Shown here: positions 50,595-60,510 of the stretch, in pieces
How the letters are laid out: every line of letters starts with the position of its first letter
Numbering within the stretch: position 1 is the stretch's first letter
From: an uncultured delta proteobacterium
Lineage (GTDB): Bacteria; Myxococcota; Myxococcia; Myxococcales; Myxococcaceae
Direction: 5' to 3'
Assembly: GCA_963713045.1 (NCBI GenBank)
Contig: CAVQKE010000001.1
Location: 96,001-160,000, forward strand
Length of the DNA: 64,000 nt
Position numbers and translations under genes: made by a program
Notes under the pieces: generated by a model
The model's input: only the letters and a program-made list of their open reading frames with translations
The model's database searches: none
Told to the model about the DNA's origin: nothing

Positions 50595-51929
50595 CTAAAA
50601 GCGCTCGATTTGAAAGTCGTCGTCGGCGCCGGCCGCTGGCTGCGGCTGCGGGGTGGCGGTGCGGGGTGCCGCTGGCGCTGAGCGCGGCGGCGTGGGCAGC
50701 GGCTGGGGCGGAGGGCGGGGAACTGCTGGGGGTGCCCGCGCTGGCGTCGGGGCCGAGGCACCCGAGGTCGGCGCGGTGCGCTGGGCGTAGGCGATGGAAC
50801 CGGGTGCGCTCGCGCCGTCGGTGCGGCCTTCGAAGTCGTCCCACTTGCTGTCGCCGGTGGCGCTGATGCCGCTGAAACGCAAGGCGAAATCATCCGGATT
50901 GGAGGCCTGCCGGTAGGCCTCGTCGTAGGTGATGAGTCCCTGACGCACCAATTGCATCAGCGACTGGTCAAACGTCTGGGTGCCGTATGTCTGGTGGCCT
51001 TGCGCAATGGCGTCGTTGATTTCCTTGGTGCGGTCCTTGTCTTCAATCAGTTCCCGCACCCGAGCGGTCGCCTTGAGGACTTCGACCGCCGCCACCCGGC
51101 CTTTTCCGTCGGCCCGCGGGACGAGGCGTTGGGAGACCACGGCCTTCAGCACTGAGCCGAGTTGGAGACGCACCTGCTTCTGCTGGTAGGGCGGAAAAAC
51201 CGAGACAATTCGGTTGATGGTTTCGGTGGCATCGAGGGTATGCAACGTCGACATCACCAAGTGGCCCGTTTCGGCAGCGGTGAGTGCAGTCTCGATGGTC
51301 TCCAGGTCCCGCATTTCACCAACCAGAATGACGTCCGGGTCCTGGCGCAGCGCGCTCTTCAGCGCCTGGCTGAAGGACATGGTGTCCACTCCCACCTCGC
51401 GCTGGTTGACGATGGAGCGCTTGTCCCGGATGAGGAACTCGATGGGGTCCTCGATGGTCATGATGTGGTTGGTTTCATTGGCGTTGATGTGGTCAATCAT
51501 CGCCGCCAGCGTGGTGCTCTTGCCTGACCCGGTGGTGCCGGTCACCAGCACCAAGCCGCGCTCGTCGAGTGCGATTTTCTCCAGCACCGGGGGCAGCATC
51601 AGGTCGCGGATGGTCATCACCTTGAAGGGAATCACCCGCAGCACTGCCCCCACGGTCCCGCGCTGCTGAAACACATTGACGCGGAAGCGTCCCAGGCCCG
51701 GCACCCCGTAGGCGAGGTCCACCTCGTTGCTCGATTTGAAGCGCTCGCGCTGGTACTCGTTCATGATGCCGAACGCCATACGGGCCACCTCTTCGGGTGG
51801 CAACCGCTTGCCGTCCTTGAGGGGCACCAGCGAGCCGTCGACGCGGAACATCGGCGGCAGGCCGGCCTTGAGGTGGATGTCGGATGCACCACCCCGCAGC
51901 GCAATCTGCAGGATTTCGTTCAGTTCCAT
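50595..51929 (-). CDS. pilT: Type IV pilus retraction ATPase PilT/PilU family
   Basis: ASDIHL, RFRVNVF, GTTGSGKST, TIEDPIE, ALRQDPD.ILVGEMRD, TGHLV.STLHT; Pro-rich tail (paralog identity uncertain). Confidence 0.9.
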   Translation of the reverse strand: MELNEILQIALRGGASDIHLKAGLPPMFRVDGSLVPLKDGKRLPPEEVARMAFGIMNEYQRERFKSSNEVDLAYGVPGLGRFRVNVFQQRGTVGAVLRVIPFKVMTIRDLMLPPVLEKIALDERGLVLVTGTTGSGKSTTLAAMIDHINANETNHIMTIEDPIEFLIRDKRSIVNQREVGVDTMSFSQALKSALRQDPDVILVGEMRDLETIETALTAAETGHLVMSTLHTLDATETINRIVSVFPPYQQKQVRLQLGSVLKAVVSQRLVPRADGKGRVAAVEVLKATARVRELIEDKDRTKEINDAIAQGHQTYGTQTFDQSLMQLVRQGLITYDEAYRQASNPDDFALRFSGISATGDSKWDDFEGRTDGASAPGSIAYAQRTAPTSGASAPTPARAPPAVPRPPPQPLPTPPRSAPAAPRTATPQPQPAAGADDDFQIERF

Positions 51930-52027
51930 CGGGATAGGCCGGCCTTCAAGCCTAGCACTCGGCTCTGGGGAAGGTCAGCGAAGGGCCGGCCGGAAGGGGC
52001 CCCCCAGGGTGGGGAGACGGCGGTGGA

Positions 52028-52429
52028 TCAGCGCTTGCTGAACTGGAAGCGGCGCCGCGCGCCGGGCTGCCCGTACTTCTTGCGCTCCACGACGCGGGCG
52101 TCGCGGGTGAGGAACCCGGCCTTCTTCAGAGGGGCACGGAACTCCGGGTTAAACTCGCACAGCGCTCGGGCCAGCCCGTGACGAATGGCGCCGGCCTGGC
52201 CGGAAAGCCCGCCTCCGCGCACGTTGACAGTGATGTCCACCTTGCCGAGCTGCTCGAGGACTTGCAGCGGCTGGTGCAGAATCATCTTCGACGTCTCGCG
52301 GCCGAAGTATTCGTCGATGGGCCGGTCGTTGATGATGACCACCCCGGTGCCTTCCTTCAGCCACACGCGGGCGGTCGACTCCTTGCGTCGGCCGGTGGCG
52401 TAAAACCCCTTCTCGCTGTGAATGGGCAT
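52028..52429 (-). CDS. rpsI: 30S ribosomal protein S9
   Basis: YATGRRK...[14 protein letters not shown]...[14 protein letters not shown]...QFSKR. Confidence 0.98.
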   Translation of the reverse strand: MPIHSEKGFYATGRRKESTARVWLKEGTGVVIINDRPIDEYFGRETSKMILHQPLQVLEQLGKVDITVNVRGGGLSGQAGAIRHGLARALCEFNPEFRAPLKKAGFLTRDARVVERKKYGQPGARRRFQFSKR

Positions 52430-52431
52430 CT

Positions 52432-52878
52432 TTAGGCCTCGACCTGTCGGGGCTCGGGCTTCTGGGCCGCGTGGGGGTGGGTGTCCCCGGGGTAGACGCG
52501 AAGCTTGGTCATCATTTGTCGGCCGAGCGCATTGCGCGGCAGCATGCGGCGAACGGCGTTGAGGACAATGTCCTCGGGGTGCCGTGCCCTGAGAGCCGCG
52601 AGGTTGGTGGTCTTCAACGCACCCGGAAAGCCGGCGCGGGGGTGGCGGTAGTAGAGCTTTTTGCTCTCCTTGGTGCCAGTCACCTTCACTCGAGCGGCGT
52701 TGATGACGATGACGTGGTCCCCAGTATCCAAGGAGGGCGTGTAGATGGGCTTGTGTTTGCCCTTCAGTAGGGTCGCGATTTGGCTGGCGGCGCGGCCGAG
52801 CACCTTGTCGGCCACGTCCACCACGTGCCACGCCCGCTTCACATCAACGGGCCGTGCGCTGTAAGTCCTGTGCGACAT
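52432..52878 (-). CDS. rplM: 50S ribosomal protein L13
   Basis: WHVVD...[42 protein letters not shown]. Confidence 0.98.
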   Translation of the reverse strand: MSHRTYSARPVDVKRAWHVVDVADKVLGRAASQIATLLKGKHKPIYTPSLDTGDHVIVINAARVKVTGTKESKKLYYRHPRAGFPGALKTTNLAALRARHPEDIVLNAVRRMLPRNALGRQMMTKLRVYPGDTHPHAAQKPEPRQVEA

Positions 52879-53045
52879 CGAACGACACTCCGGGGTCGAC
52901 CCCTCCCAAACGCCGCGAGGGAAAAAGGGTGCCCATCTAGAGGGAGCTGCCCCGTAAGTCAAGCGAACGGGGCTTCCCCGGCCCCGGGCGGCCCCAAGCG
53001 CCCCCCGACGGGGCGGGGCACTCCGGCTCCGGCTGCAGGGGGACG

Positions 53046-53561
53046 GTGCTAACCTCGACGCCCGTGCTCCCCGAATCCCGGGTCCGTCCCAGCTCGCCTG
53101 CACCGGACGAGGCGGCACTGGCGCGGGCCGCCATCGCCGCGCTGGGGCGCCGGGAGTTTCTCGAGCGTCTGTCCGGCCTGGTCCGCGCCGCCGGCTCGGA
53201 TGCGGCCAACCCCGGCTCCTATGGCTGTACCGAGTGCGAGCGCTGCGCGGACTGCATGTTCTGCAAGTCCTGTGACGCCTGTCACCAGTGCACGCACTGC
53301 ACCCGGTGCGAGCTCTGCAACAACTGCAGCCACTGCGTCGACTGTAAGAATTGCCACGCTTGCGCCTACTGCCTGCGCAGCGAAAACTGTAGCGCCAGCG
53401 CCTACTTGGTGATGTCGCGCAACCTCGCCGACTGCACCTACTGCTTCGGCTGTGTCGGGCTGTCGCGGAAGGACTTCCACATTCTCAACATCCCCTTCGG
53501 CCGGACGGAATACTTTGCCATCACCAAACGGCTTCGGGCGGAGCTCAACTTGCCGGGCTAG
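53046..53561 (+). CDS. Cysteine-rich (CxxC)n repeat protein
   Basis: Cys every third residue over ~50 aa, then CTYCFGCVGL...FHILN; start uncertain. Confidence 0.8.
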   Translation: MLTSTPVLPESRVRPSSPAPDEAALARAAIAALGRREFLERLSGLVRAAGSDAANPGSYGCTECERCADCMFCKSCDACHQCTHCTRCELCNNCSHCVDCKNCHACAYCLRSENCSASAYLVMSRNLADCTYCFGCVGLSRKDFHILNIPFGRTEYFAITKRLRAELNLPG

Positions 53562-53681
53562 CCGTGGGCTAGCCGGGCAAGCTACTTGGGCCTCGTTTCC
53601 AAAGCGCAGCCGAGAGGACACAGCGCGTCGCTTTCCCAAGCGTACTTCCCTCTCGCCTCCACCCGCCTGTCACCCTACCCC

Positions 53682-54866
53682 CTACAGCGCCCGGAGGAAG
53701 AAGACCTTGAGGTACTCCGTCTCCGGCAGGCCGCCTAGAGCCGGATGGTCGGCGCTGGGACCACGTCTCTCCAGAATTTGAATGGGCCGGCGGACGTCCT
53801 CGGCCGCCCCGAGGAGCATTTCCTCGAAGGCCGAGACGGAGACTTTGCCCGAGCAGGAGCAGCTGACGAGGAGGCCCTCTGGGCGCAGCAGTCGCAGGGC
53901 CCGCACGTTGAGTTCCCGGTAAGCGCGCATGGCAGCGTCCGGACCCTTGGTGCGCTTGGCCAGCCCAGGTGGGTCCAGCACCACGGTGTCGAAGCGCTCT
54001 CCTGCGCGGTCGAAGTCATGCAGGACGTCGAAGGCGTTGGCGGTTTCCACCCTGACCTGGCTGCGGTCATTCCGCGCGGCATTCTCCCGAAGCCGTTCGG
54101 CCGCGCCGGCGTCCTGTTCCACCGCCAGGACCTGCTGGGAATGCAAGGCCAGCGCCAGGGCGAAACCACCGTGGTAGCTGAAACAGTCCAGCGCCCTCCC
54201 GCGGCCGAGTTGCCCGGCAAGGAGGTGGTTGTCGGCCTGGTCCAAAAAAGCGCCGGTCTTCATGTCGTGCTGCAGGTCGACGCGAAAGGAATTGTCACCT
54301 TCTCGAAAGTCCACCACGGCCTCACCCCTGCCGTGGAGCAAGCGCACTTCGCGCGGCAGCCCCTCGAAATCCCGCCCGCTTCCGTCATCGCGGGCCAAGA
54401 CCCGGGCGGCGCCGGTCAGCTCGACGAGGAGACGCGCCAGAACTTCCTCTCGGGCATCCATGCCTTCGGAGAGAGACTGCAGCACGAGCGCGCTGCCGTA
54501 GCAGTCGACCACCAGGCCGGGGAGCAGGTCCGACTCGCCATGCACCAGCCGGAGCGCATCGCGGCTGCCCAGCGAGGCGCGCCGGCGGATGGAGGCCTCG
54601 AGTCGACGACGGAAGAAGTCCTCGTCAATCGGCTCGTCGGCCGGACCGCGCCGAGTGAGGAGCCGCAGCGCCAGCGGGGAGTGCCTCGCATAGAAAGCCT
54701 GACCAACGAGATTGCCACCGGGGTCGACGACGCTGACGACTGGGCCCGCGGCGTCGGTGGCCGGGGTTTCCACCACGTCGGTCCGCCAGCACCAGGGCCG
54801 AAGATGACGCAAGGCGCGCGCGGCCTTGGCCGAGACGACAGCCCGATTCGAGGCCACAGCTGGCAT
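53682..54866 (-). CDS. Class I SAM-dependent rRNA methyltransferase (RlmI-like)
   Basis: RLVHGESDLLPGLVVD, KTGAFLDQ, LDCFSYHGGF, VLDPP, SCS, ETEYLK. Confidence 0.9.
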   Translation of the reverse strand: MPAVASNRAVVSAKAARALRHLRPWCWRTDVVETPATDAAGPVVSVVDPGGNLVGQAFYARHSPLALRLLTRRGPADEPIDEDFFRRRLEASIRRRASLGSRDALRLVHGESDLLPGLVVDCYGSALVLQSLSEGMDAREEVLARLLVELTGAARVLARDDGSGRDFEGLPREVRLLHGRGEAVVDFREGDNSFRVDLQHDMKTGAFLDQADNHLLAGQLGRGRALDCFSYHGGFALALALHSQQVLAVEQDAGAAERLRENAARNDRSQVRVETANAFDVLHDFDRAGERFDTVVLDPPGLAKRTKGPDAAMRAYRELNVRALRLLRPEGLLVSCSCSGKVSVSAFEEMLLGAAEDVRRPIQILERRGPSADHPALGGLPETEYLKVFFLRAL

Positions 54867-55066
54867 CAGCCTTCCTTGGTGCTGAGATTTGGTGTTTACC
54901 AAATTCCTGGCGCTGGGCGGCCCGCGTTCTCTAACGTCGCAAGAGCCGTCCAGGTGAGAGTTTCTGGGCGACGCATTTCCCAACGAGTCCGCGCCATGAT
55001 GCTTGCCTACTGGCCGAACAGGGGACGTCAGACGCCTCGCTCTCAACCGCACGGGAGCCTGACCGA

Positions 55067-56716
55067 ATGAGAGCTTTGCTGGGGGTGCCGTTGGTGTTGC
55101 TACTCTCGGCTCCATCCGTGGGGCAGGCGGCGCCGACCTTGATGCAGAATGTACGCGGCTACACCCTCTCCGGTGATGAGCTGAAGCAGTTCGACGGCCT
55201 ATTGTTTGACGAGGGCCGGGTGGTGGAGGCTGGGGAGGCCGAGGTGCTGCGCCGGCAGTATCCGACGGCGCACCTAATCGATGGGCAGGGGCGAACCCTG
55301 CTGCCAGGTTTGCTCGACGCTCACGGCCATGTGCTGCGCCTGGGTTTTGAGTCGGTGGAGATTCAGCTTTGGAACACCGGCAGTCTTGCCGAGGCACAAA
55401 GGCGCATCCTCGCCTATTCCAAGGCCAACCCGGGCGCTCCTTGGCTCCTGGGCGGTGGCTGGAATCAGGTGAAGTGGCAGCTCGGCCGGTTTCCGACCGC
55501 GCGCGACCTTGATGAAGCCGAGGCGAATCGGCCGACTGCGCTCCGGCGTGTCGATGGGCACGCCCTTTGGGTAAATACCGCTGCCCTCCGTGCGGCTTCC
55601 ATCGGCCGGGCCACCGTGGACCCTCGAGGAGGGCGGATCGAGCGCGACGAGCACGGGGACCCGACCGGTGTCTTGGTCGACGGCGCAATGAGCCTGATGG
55701 ATGCGGTCATCCCCAACCCGACCGCGGCCGAACGAGAAGTCGCTCTCAAGGCCGCCCTTCACCAACTGAATGCGCTTGGGCTGACCAGCGTTGGCGACGC
55801 GGGCGTGAGTGCAAGTGAGGTGGGCCTTTACCGTCTGCTCGCAGACCGAGGCGAGCTCACAGTGCGCATCTACGCGATGATTGAGGGAACCGGCGAGGAC
55901 TTCCGTTCACTGGCGAGGGCCGGACCGTTGGTCGGCTACGCGAAGGAGCATCTGACGGTGCGCGCCGTGAAGCTTTACGCCGATGGGGCCCTCGGCAGTC
56001 GTGGCGCCGCCTTGCTCGAACCCTACTCTGACCAGCCGACGCAGAGGGGTCTGTTGTTTCTTTCCGACACCGAGATGGAGCAGCAGATGGAGAGGGCGCT
56101 TGCGGCAGGCTACCAGGTCAACGTGCATGCCATCGGCGATGCTGCCAACCACCAAGTGCTCGGAGCCTTCGAGACAGCCTTCCGGGCTGTCGGTGGCCGC
56201 CAGCTGCGCAACCGCGTCGAGCACGCCCAGGTGGTGTCGCCGGCCGACATTCCACGTTTCAAGGCGCTCGGACTGATTGCGTCGATGCAACCCACCCACG
56301 CGACCAGCGACATGGGCATGGCGCAGGAGCGCTTGGGCGTCGAACGTCTTCAGGGAGCCTACGCCTGGCGGACGTTCCTCAATCAGGGGACGCGAATCGC
56401 CGGTGGTTCGGACTTTCCGGTCGAATCGGCCAACCCCTTCTTCGGACTGCATGCGGCGGTCACTCGGACCGACCATGCCGGTCAACCGCCGGGCGGCTGG
56501 CACAGCGAACAGGCAATGAGCCGGCTCGAGGCCTTCCGAGCATTCACCCTGGATGCCGCGTACGCGCAGCACCAGGAGGCAACGCTGGGGTCGCTCCAGC
56601 CGGGCAAGTGGGCGGACTTCATCCTGGTCGACGGCGACGTCTTCACCGTCGAAGCGGCGGACATCTGGAGACTTCAAGTGGAGCAGACGTGGGTCGCCGG
56701 GCAACGCGTTTACTGA
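55067..56716 (+). CDS. Exported amidohydrolase (YtcJ-like, amidohydro_3)
   Basis: PGLLDAHGH, DGHA.WVN, KLYADGALGSRGA, HAIGD, RVEHAQ, GSDFPV, GKWADF. Confidence 0.93.
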   Translation: MRALLGVPLVLLLSAPSVGQAAPTLMQNVRGYTLSGDELKQFDGLLFDEGRVVEAGEAEVLRRQYPTAHLIDGQGRTLLPGLLDAHGHVLRLGFESVEIQLWNTGSLAEAQRRILAYSKANPGAPWLLGGGWNQVKWQLGRFPTARDLDEAEANRPTALRRVDGHALWVNTAALRAASIGRATVDPRGGRIERDEHGDPTGVLVDGAMSLMDAVIPNPTAAEREVALKAALHQLNALGLTSVGDAGVSASEVGLYRLLADRGELTVRIYAMIEGTGEDFRSLARAGPLVGYAKEHLTVRAVKLYADGALGSRGAALLEPYSDQPTQRGLLFLSDTEMEQQMERALAAGYQVNVHAIGDAANHQVLGAFETAFRAVGGRQLRNRVEHAQVVSPADIPRFKALGLIASMQPTHATSDMGMAQERLGVERLQGAYAWRTFLNQGTRIAGGSDFPVESANPFFGLHAAVTRTDHAGQPPGGWHSEQAMSRLEAFRAFTLDAAYAQHQEATLGSLQPGKWADFILVDGDVFTVEAADIWRLQVEQTWVAGQRVY

Positions 56717-56750
56717 AGCGAAACCTGGACGGCGACCGGTAGCCGAGCTG

Positions 56751-57023
56751 CTAGGTACGCGGATGGGGCGTCCGGAGCGATTCCGCTGGAAGCTGAAGAG
56801 CGGCGAGGGCCTTCAGCTGGCGAATTTCCTCCGCCATCTCTGCCGTCTGCCGCGCCAGAGTGTTGACGTCCGGCTGGTTCCTTATCTTGGCCCAGTCGGC
56901 CAGAAGCGGTCTCAGGCCGAAGCGGATGGCGACGGTGAGCATCCCAACCAGCGCTGAAACAGCGATGAAGACGCAGCCTGTCGCAAGCAGGACTTCAGGA
57001 ACGCCCGTTTCGGTGAGATTCAT
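56751..57023 (-). CDS. Small membrane protein with C-terminal coiled coil
   Basis: One TM helix, then LARQTAEMAEEIRQLK. Confidence 0.55.
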   Translation of the reverse strand: MNLTETGVPEVLLATGCVFIAVSALVGMLTVAIRFGLRPLLADWAKIRNQPDVNTLARQTAEMAEEIRQLKALAALQLPAESLRTPHPRT

Positions 57024-57248
57024 CGGTGGATTGCTACGTCGCGGCGGACGGCTGATTGCTGCAAGCACGGGGCGTCGCACACCACCCGCTTTCCGCCACC
57101 GGCCGGCCCAGAGGTCCTCCCCTGCACGCGATGTACAAACCACCCGCGCCGCGCGTGAAGTCGGGCCTATGGCCGGGCGGCTTTCCTCGGCGGGGCAACG
57201 GGCGGGGCAACGGGCGGGCCGCCCGGCCTTGGCCACAGACGAGCGGTG

Positions 57249-58448
57249 CTACTCGAGACCGCGAGCGGCCAGTTCCATGTCGTCCTCACCACGAAGGTGG
57301 CCGACCTCATGGAGCAAGGTAACGCGAATCTGCTCGAGCAGTTCCTCCTCGCTGGTGACGGCGCGCGCCAGGTTGCGTCGGTAAAGCACCACCGAGCGAC
57401 AAGGGCCTTTGTCATCCTGGGGACAGGCCTCGCTCAGCGAGGGCCCGCGGAACAGTCCGAGGATGGTGGGCGACAGCGGCGGGTCCCCGTCGCGCAAGTC
57501 ATCGTCTTGGGGAATCTCCTCCGTCGTCACCGGCACGCCGCGCAAGTCCTTCTGCATGTCCTGGGGGAGGGCATGCACCGCGCGGGCGACAGCCTCTCGA
57601 AAGGCCCCGACTGAGAGAAGCACCGGCGGCGGAAAGTCCTCCGGAGCCAGCTGCTGGGCTCTCTGGAAGCTGTCCTCGGCCTCGGCCCACTTTCCGTCGC
57701 GCTCCAGCAACAGCCCAAGGTGCTCGAAGGCGTGCGCGGCGTGGTCCGGGTCCTTGCGCAGCGCGAGAAAGGCTGCGCGGGCCTCCGGAAACCGGCACAG
57801 CTCGAAAAGCGCCACAGCGCGCTCGTAGGCCACGTCGGCGTCGCCCTGGAGGACACTGGCCGCCTCCTCGGCGCGCTGCAAGGCCAGCGTCGGCTCACCC
57901 AAGTCGTTGGCGGCCATGGCCGAGAGCAGTGCAAACTGCGCGGTGAGTTCCTCGTCATCACCGTCCGCGGCGAGTTCCCGACCGCGCTCGGAGTAGAGGA
58001 ACGCCAATTCGTCATTGTCCCGGGTCGAGGGCAGGCTCACGCCGTAGAGGTGCGCAGCGCCGAGAAGCGCGTCCAGGTGGTCCGGGTCCAAGGCCAGGGC
58101 CCGGGCGTAGGCCAGCCGCGCCTCGTCGAAGCGTCCCAGTGCGGACAGCGCTGCCGCGCGCTCGCTGTGGGCCGAGGAGTCGTCTGGACTTCGGGCCGCC
58201 GCCTCGGCGGCGCAGGACAGGGCCCGCTTCCAGTCCTCGACCTCGTAGGCGGCGTGGGCGGCTTCCAGCGGCGAGGCGCCGTGCGTCTCGCACACCGCCA
58301 GGGGCTCCACCGGGACTGGGCGCGAGGGGTGGTGCACCGGGGCGGTGGGCGTGCCGGCATTGGCAACGCTGCTTTGCGCGACGGGCTCCATCCGGTGACA
58401 GCCGGCGAGGAGAGCTAGGCAGACAAGCACCGGTGAAAGGAATCGCAT
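57249..58448 (-). CDS. TPR lipoprotein with C-terminal Zincin_1 metallopeptidase domain
   Basis: Lipobox LAGC, TPR repeats, LGLFRG...LYRRNL...TLLHEVGHLRG. Confidence 0.88.
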   Translation of the reverse strand: MRFLSPVLVCLALLAGCHRMEPVAQSSVANAGTPTAPVHHPSRPVPVEPLAVCETHGASPLEAAHAAYEVEDWKRALSCAAEAAARSPDDSSAHSERAAALSALGRFDEARLAYARALALDPDHLDALLGAAHLYGVSLPSTRDNDELAFLYSERGRELAADGDDEELTAQFALLSAMAANDLGEPTLALQRAEEAASVLQGDADVAYERAVALFELCRFPEARAAFLALRKDPDHAAHAFEHLGLLLERDGKWAEAEDSFQRAQQLAPEDFPPPVLLSVGAFREAVARAVHALPQDMQKDLRGVPVTTEEIPQDDDLRDGDPPLSPTILGLFRGPSLSEACPQDDKGPCRSVVLYRRNLARAVTSEEELLEQIRVTLLHEVGHLRGEDDMELAARGLE

Positions 58449-58547
58449 CACGTCCCTGGCAGTGTAGCAGTCGCTCTGGGCAACTCGCCTCTGATGCTAA
58501 GAACGGGTGGCGCCGTCTGCCATTTCCCACTCGACGCCTTGGCTGGC

Positions 58548-59141
58548 ATGGCGACAGACTTCCCCAAGGTGTCCCCCCTCCTGTTGGCCTCCACCTCCCC
58601 GGCCCGCCAAGCGCTTCTCGCCGCGCTGGGAGTGCCCTTTGCAGCCATCGCCCCCGGCGTCGACGAATCTCTCCCACCGGGTGCGAGCTTGGAGGAGGCG
58701 GTGCGCACCCTGGCGCAGAGGAAGGCGCGCGCCGTGGCAGCGCGTTTTCCAAGTGCGCTGGTGCTGGCGGCCGACCAACTGGGCGAGGTGGAAGGCAGAC
58801 TGCTGCGCAAGCCAGCCAGCAGGGAGGAGGCCCGCGCCCAACTTCAAGCCCTCAGCGGACGGACCCACCGACTCCTGACCGCAGTTTGCCTGCTCGGGGC
58901 AGGCGAGGAGGAAAGCGTGGTTGAGGAGGCGCAGCTGACGCTGTTTGCCCTTTCGGCCGCAGAAGTGGAGGCCTACCTGGACACCGGCGAATGGGAAGGG
59001 TGTGCGGGCAGCTACCGGGTGGAGGGGCGGGGACAAGCCCTGATGGCGCGCATTTCAGGAGACCGCACCTGCGTCCAGGGGCTCCCCATGCAGGCGGTGG
59101 TGCGTCTTCTGCGCAGCCGACGGGTTCCCCTGTTGGGCTAG
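58548..59141 (+). CDS. maf: Maf family nucleotide pyrophosphatase
   Basis: LLASTSPAR, VDE, KA, LAADQ, KP, LSGRTH, CAGSYRVEG, VQGLP. Confidence 0.92.
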   Translation: MATDFPKVSPLLLASTSPARQALLAALGVPFAAIAPGVDESLPPGASLEEAVRTLAQRKARAVAARFPSALVLAADQLGEVEGRLLRKPASREEARAQLQALSGRTHRLLTAVCLLGAGEEESVVEEAQLTLFALSAAEVEAYLDTGEWEGCAGSYRVEGRGQALMARISGDRTCVQGLPMQAVVRLLRSRRVPLLG

Positions 59142-59169
59142 ACGCCCCCCAAGGGACATGAAAGACGCC

Positions 59170-60126
59170 TCAGGCGCGCAGCTCGGCCAGAATCTCCGCT
59201 GCCGCTGCCCTCGCCCGGGCGACTTCCTCGGGCCGAAAGCTCATCGCCGCCACCACTGGATGGCCGCCTCCGCCGTAGCGCTGGGCAATGGCCGACAGGT
59301 CGTGGCGGCGGAGCTCCGGGCGCCAGGGGTTGCTGCCGATGGAGACTTTGCTGCGCTGGGCGCTTTTGCCCACCCACACCACGTAGCGCGCCTCGGGGAA
59401 CAAGTCGTAGGCGATGAATTTGTTGATGCCGTCGAGGTTTTCGTCGGCCAGGTCAAAAAAGACGATGTCCTCTTCAAGGCGGGCCTTTCGCCGCACCACC
59501 TCGACGTGGGACCGATGGCGCGCCAAGAGAGGCCGGAAAGCCTCTTGCACCAGCGGCAGTGCGGCCACCTCAGACAGCGAGGCCTGCTGCAGGCGGCGGA
59601 TGATTTCGGGGATGAAGGCCCGGTCGCGGTTGGCCTCGAGCACCGTCATCAGCTGAAGGGCCGGCTCGCGCAGGGCCACCGCCATTTCCGGGCTCGGAAA
59701 CTGCGCTCCGTCAATCAATTCGGCCCAGTCGATGAGCTCGCCCAGCGCGCTGCTGTCAAAGCCGAAGCGGGCGCGCGTCAAGTCGGCGATGTACTTGGTG
59801 CAACTCTTCCGGCTTGGGTCATGAAACTTCCGGCCGCTGGTGTCGGCGCGGAAGTGCGCCTCGTCGCCTGCGTCCTGAAAGCCCGAAGCATGGTGGTCAA
59901 ACCACCAAGTCAATTGGGGAGACTGGCTGTAGCGAAAGTCGACAATGGCGTTTTCGTCGCCTTGGAAGACGGCCTCCGGGATGGCCCGACCGTCGCCCTG
60001 GTGCGACAGCCCGTGGAAAGTCAGCTCGGCATGTGGACGGATGCACTCGCGGAAGAAGTTTGCAAACACGGCGGCGCTGGCCGCCCCGTCAAAGCAGTTG
60101 TCATGAAAAAGGACGTGCATCCACAT
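59170..60126 (-). CDS. DHH family phosphoesterase
   Basis: HDNCFDG, IVDF, WFDHH, GGGGH DHHA1 motif. Confidence 0.9.
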   Translation of the reverse strand: MWMHVLFHDNCFDGAASAAVFANFFRECIRPHAELTFHGLSHQGDGRAIPEAVFQGDENAIVDFRYSQSPQLTWWFDHHASGFQDAGDEAHFRADTSGRKFHDPSRKSCTKYIADLTRARFGFDSSALGELIDWAELIDGAQFPSPEMAVALREPALQLMTVLEANRDRAFIPEIIRRLQQASLSEVAALPLVQEAFRPLLARHRSHVEVVRRKARLEEDIVFFDLADENLDGINKFIAYDLFPEARYVVWVGKSAQRSKVSIGSNPWRPELRRHDLSAIAQRYGGGGHPVVAAMSFRPEEVARARAAAAEILAELRA

Positions 60127-60251
60127 AGGGCAACTTAGGTTAACGCGGAGAGCCGACGTCCGCGCGCGGCTGTCCCCCCGTGGAGGAAAAAAAAGAAGCC
60201 CTTGCGTAACGCCAGAGCCTCTCGGGAATCCAACAGAAAACGGAGAGCCCC

Positions 60252-60461
60252 ATGAAACGTGCGATTCGTCGTACCGGGCAGAAGCTGCGGTCCTTTCAGC
60301 AGAAAGCCGTCGCTGGAGGCCGCAAGGTGCAAACCAACCTTGGCGAACTCATTGCCGCAGCTTTTGACACGGCGGGCAACGAGGTGAAGGACGTGGCCAA
60401 CTTGCTCGCCTCCCCGGAGCTCGGCCGGATGGCAAAGAGTCGCATCGTCCTGGTCCAATAA
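60252..60461 (+). CDS. Small basic hypothetical protein
   Basis: GGAG RBS; TNLGELIAAAFDT...VA.LL.SPEL...RIVLV; heads the tatD-tcdA run. Confidence 0.7.
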   Translation: MKRAIRRTGQKLRSFQQKAVAGGRKVQTNLGELIAAAFDTAGNEVKDVANLLASPELGRMAKSRIVLVQ

Positions 60462-60510
60462 AGCCCCCTTCGGAGGTTGTGCAGGGCCTACCTGGTGCCC
60501 TAGGGAGCCT

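Noticed and set aside
53270..53360. CDACH and CKNCH as heme c sites
   Set aside because: Incidental products of the CxxC periodicity; no export signal for cytochrome c maturation
54867..55688. N-terminal 274-aa extension of the RlmI-like ORF
   Set aside because: Overlaps the divergent amidohydrolase and is low-complexity Arg/Pro text; the true start is near 54866
57189..57218. 12-bp tandem repeat GGCGGGGCAACG x2.5
   Set aside because: Short GC-rich slippage duplication with no spacers or supporting context
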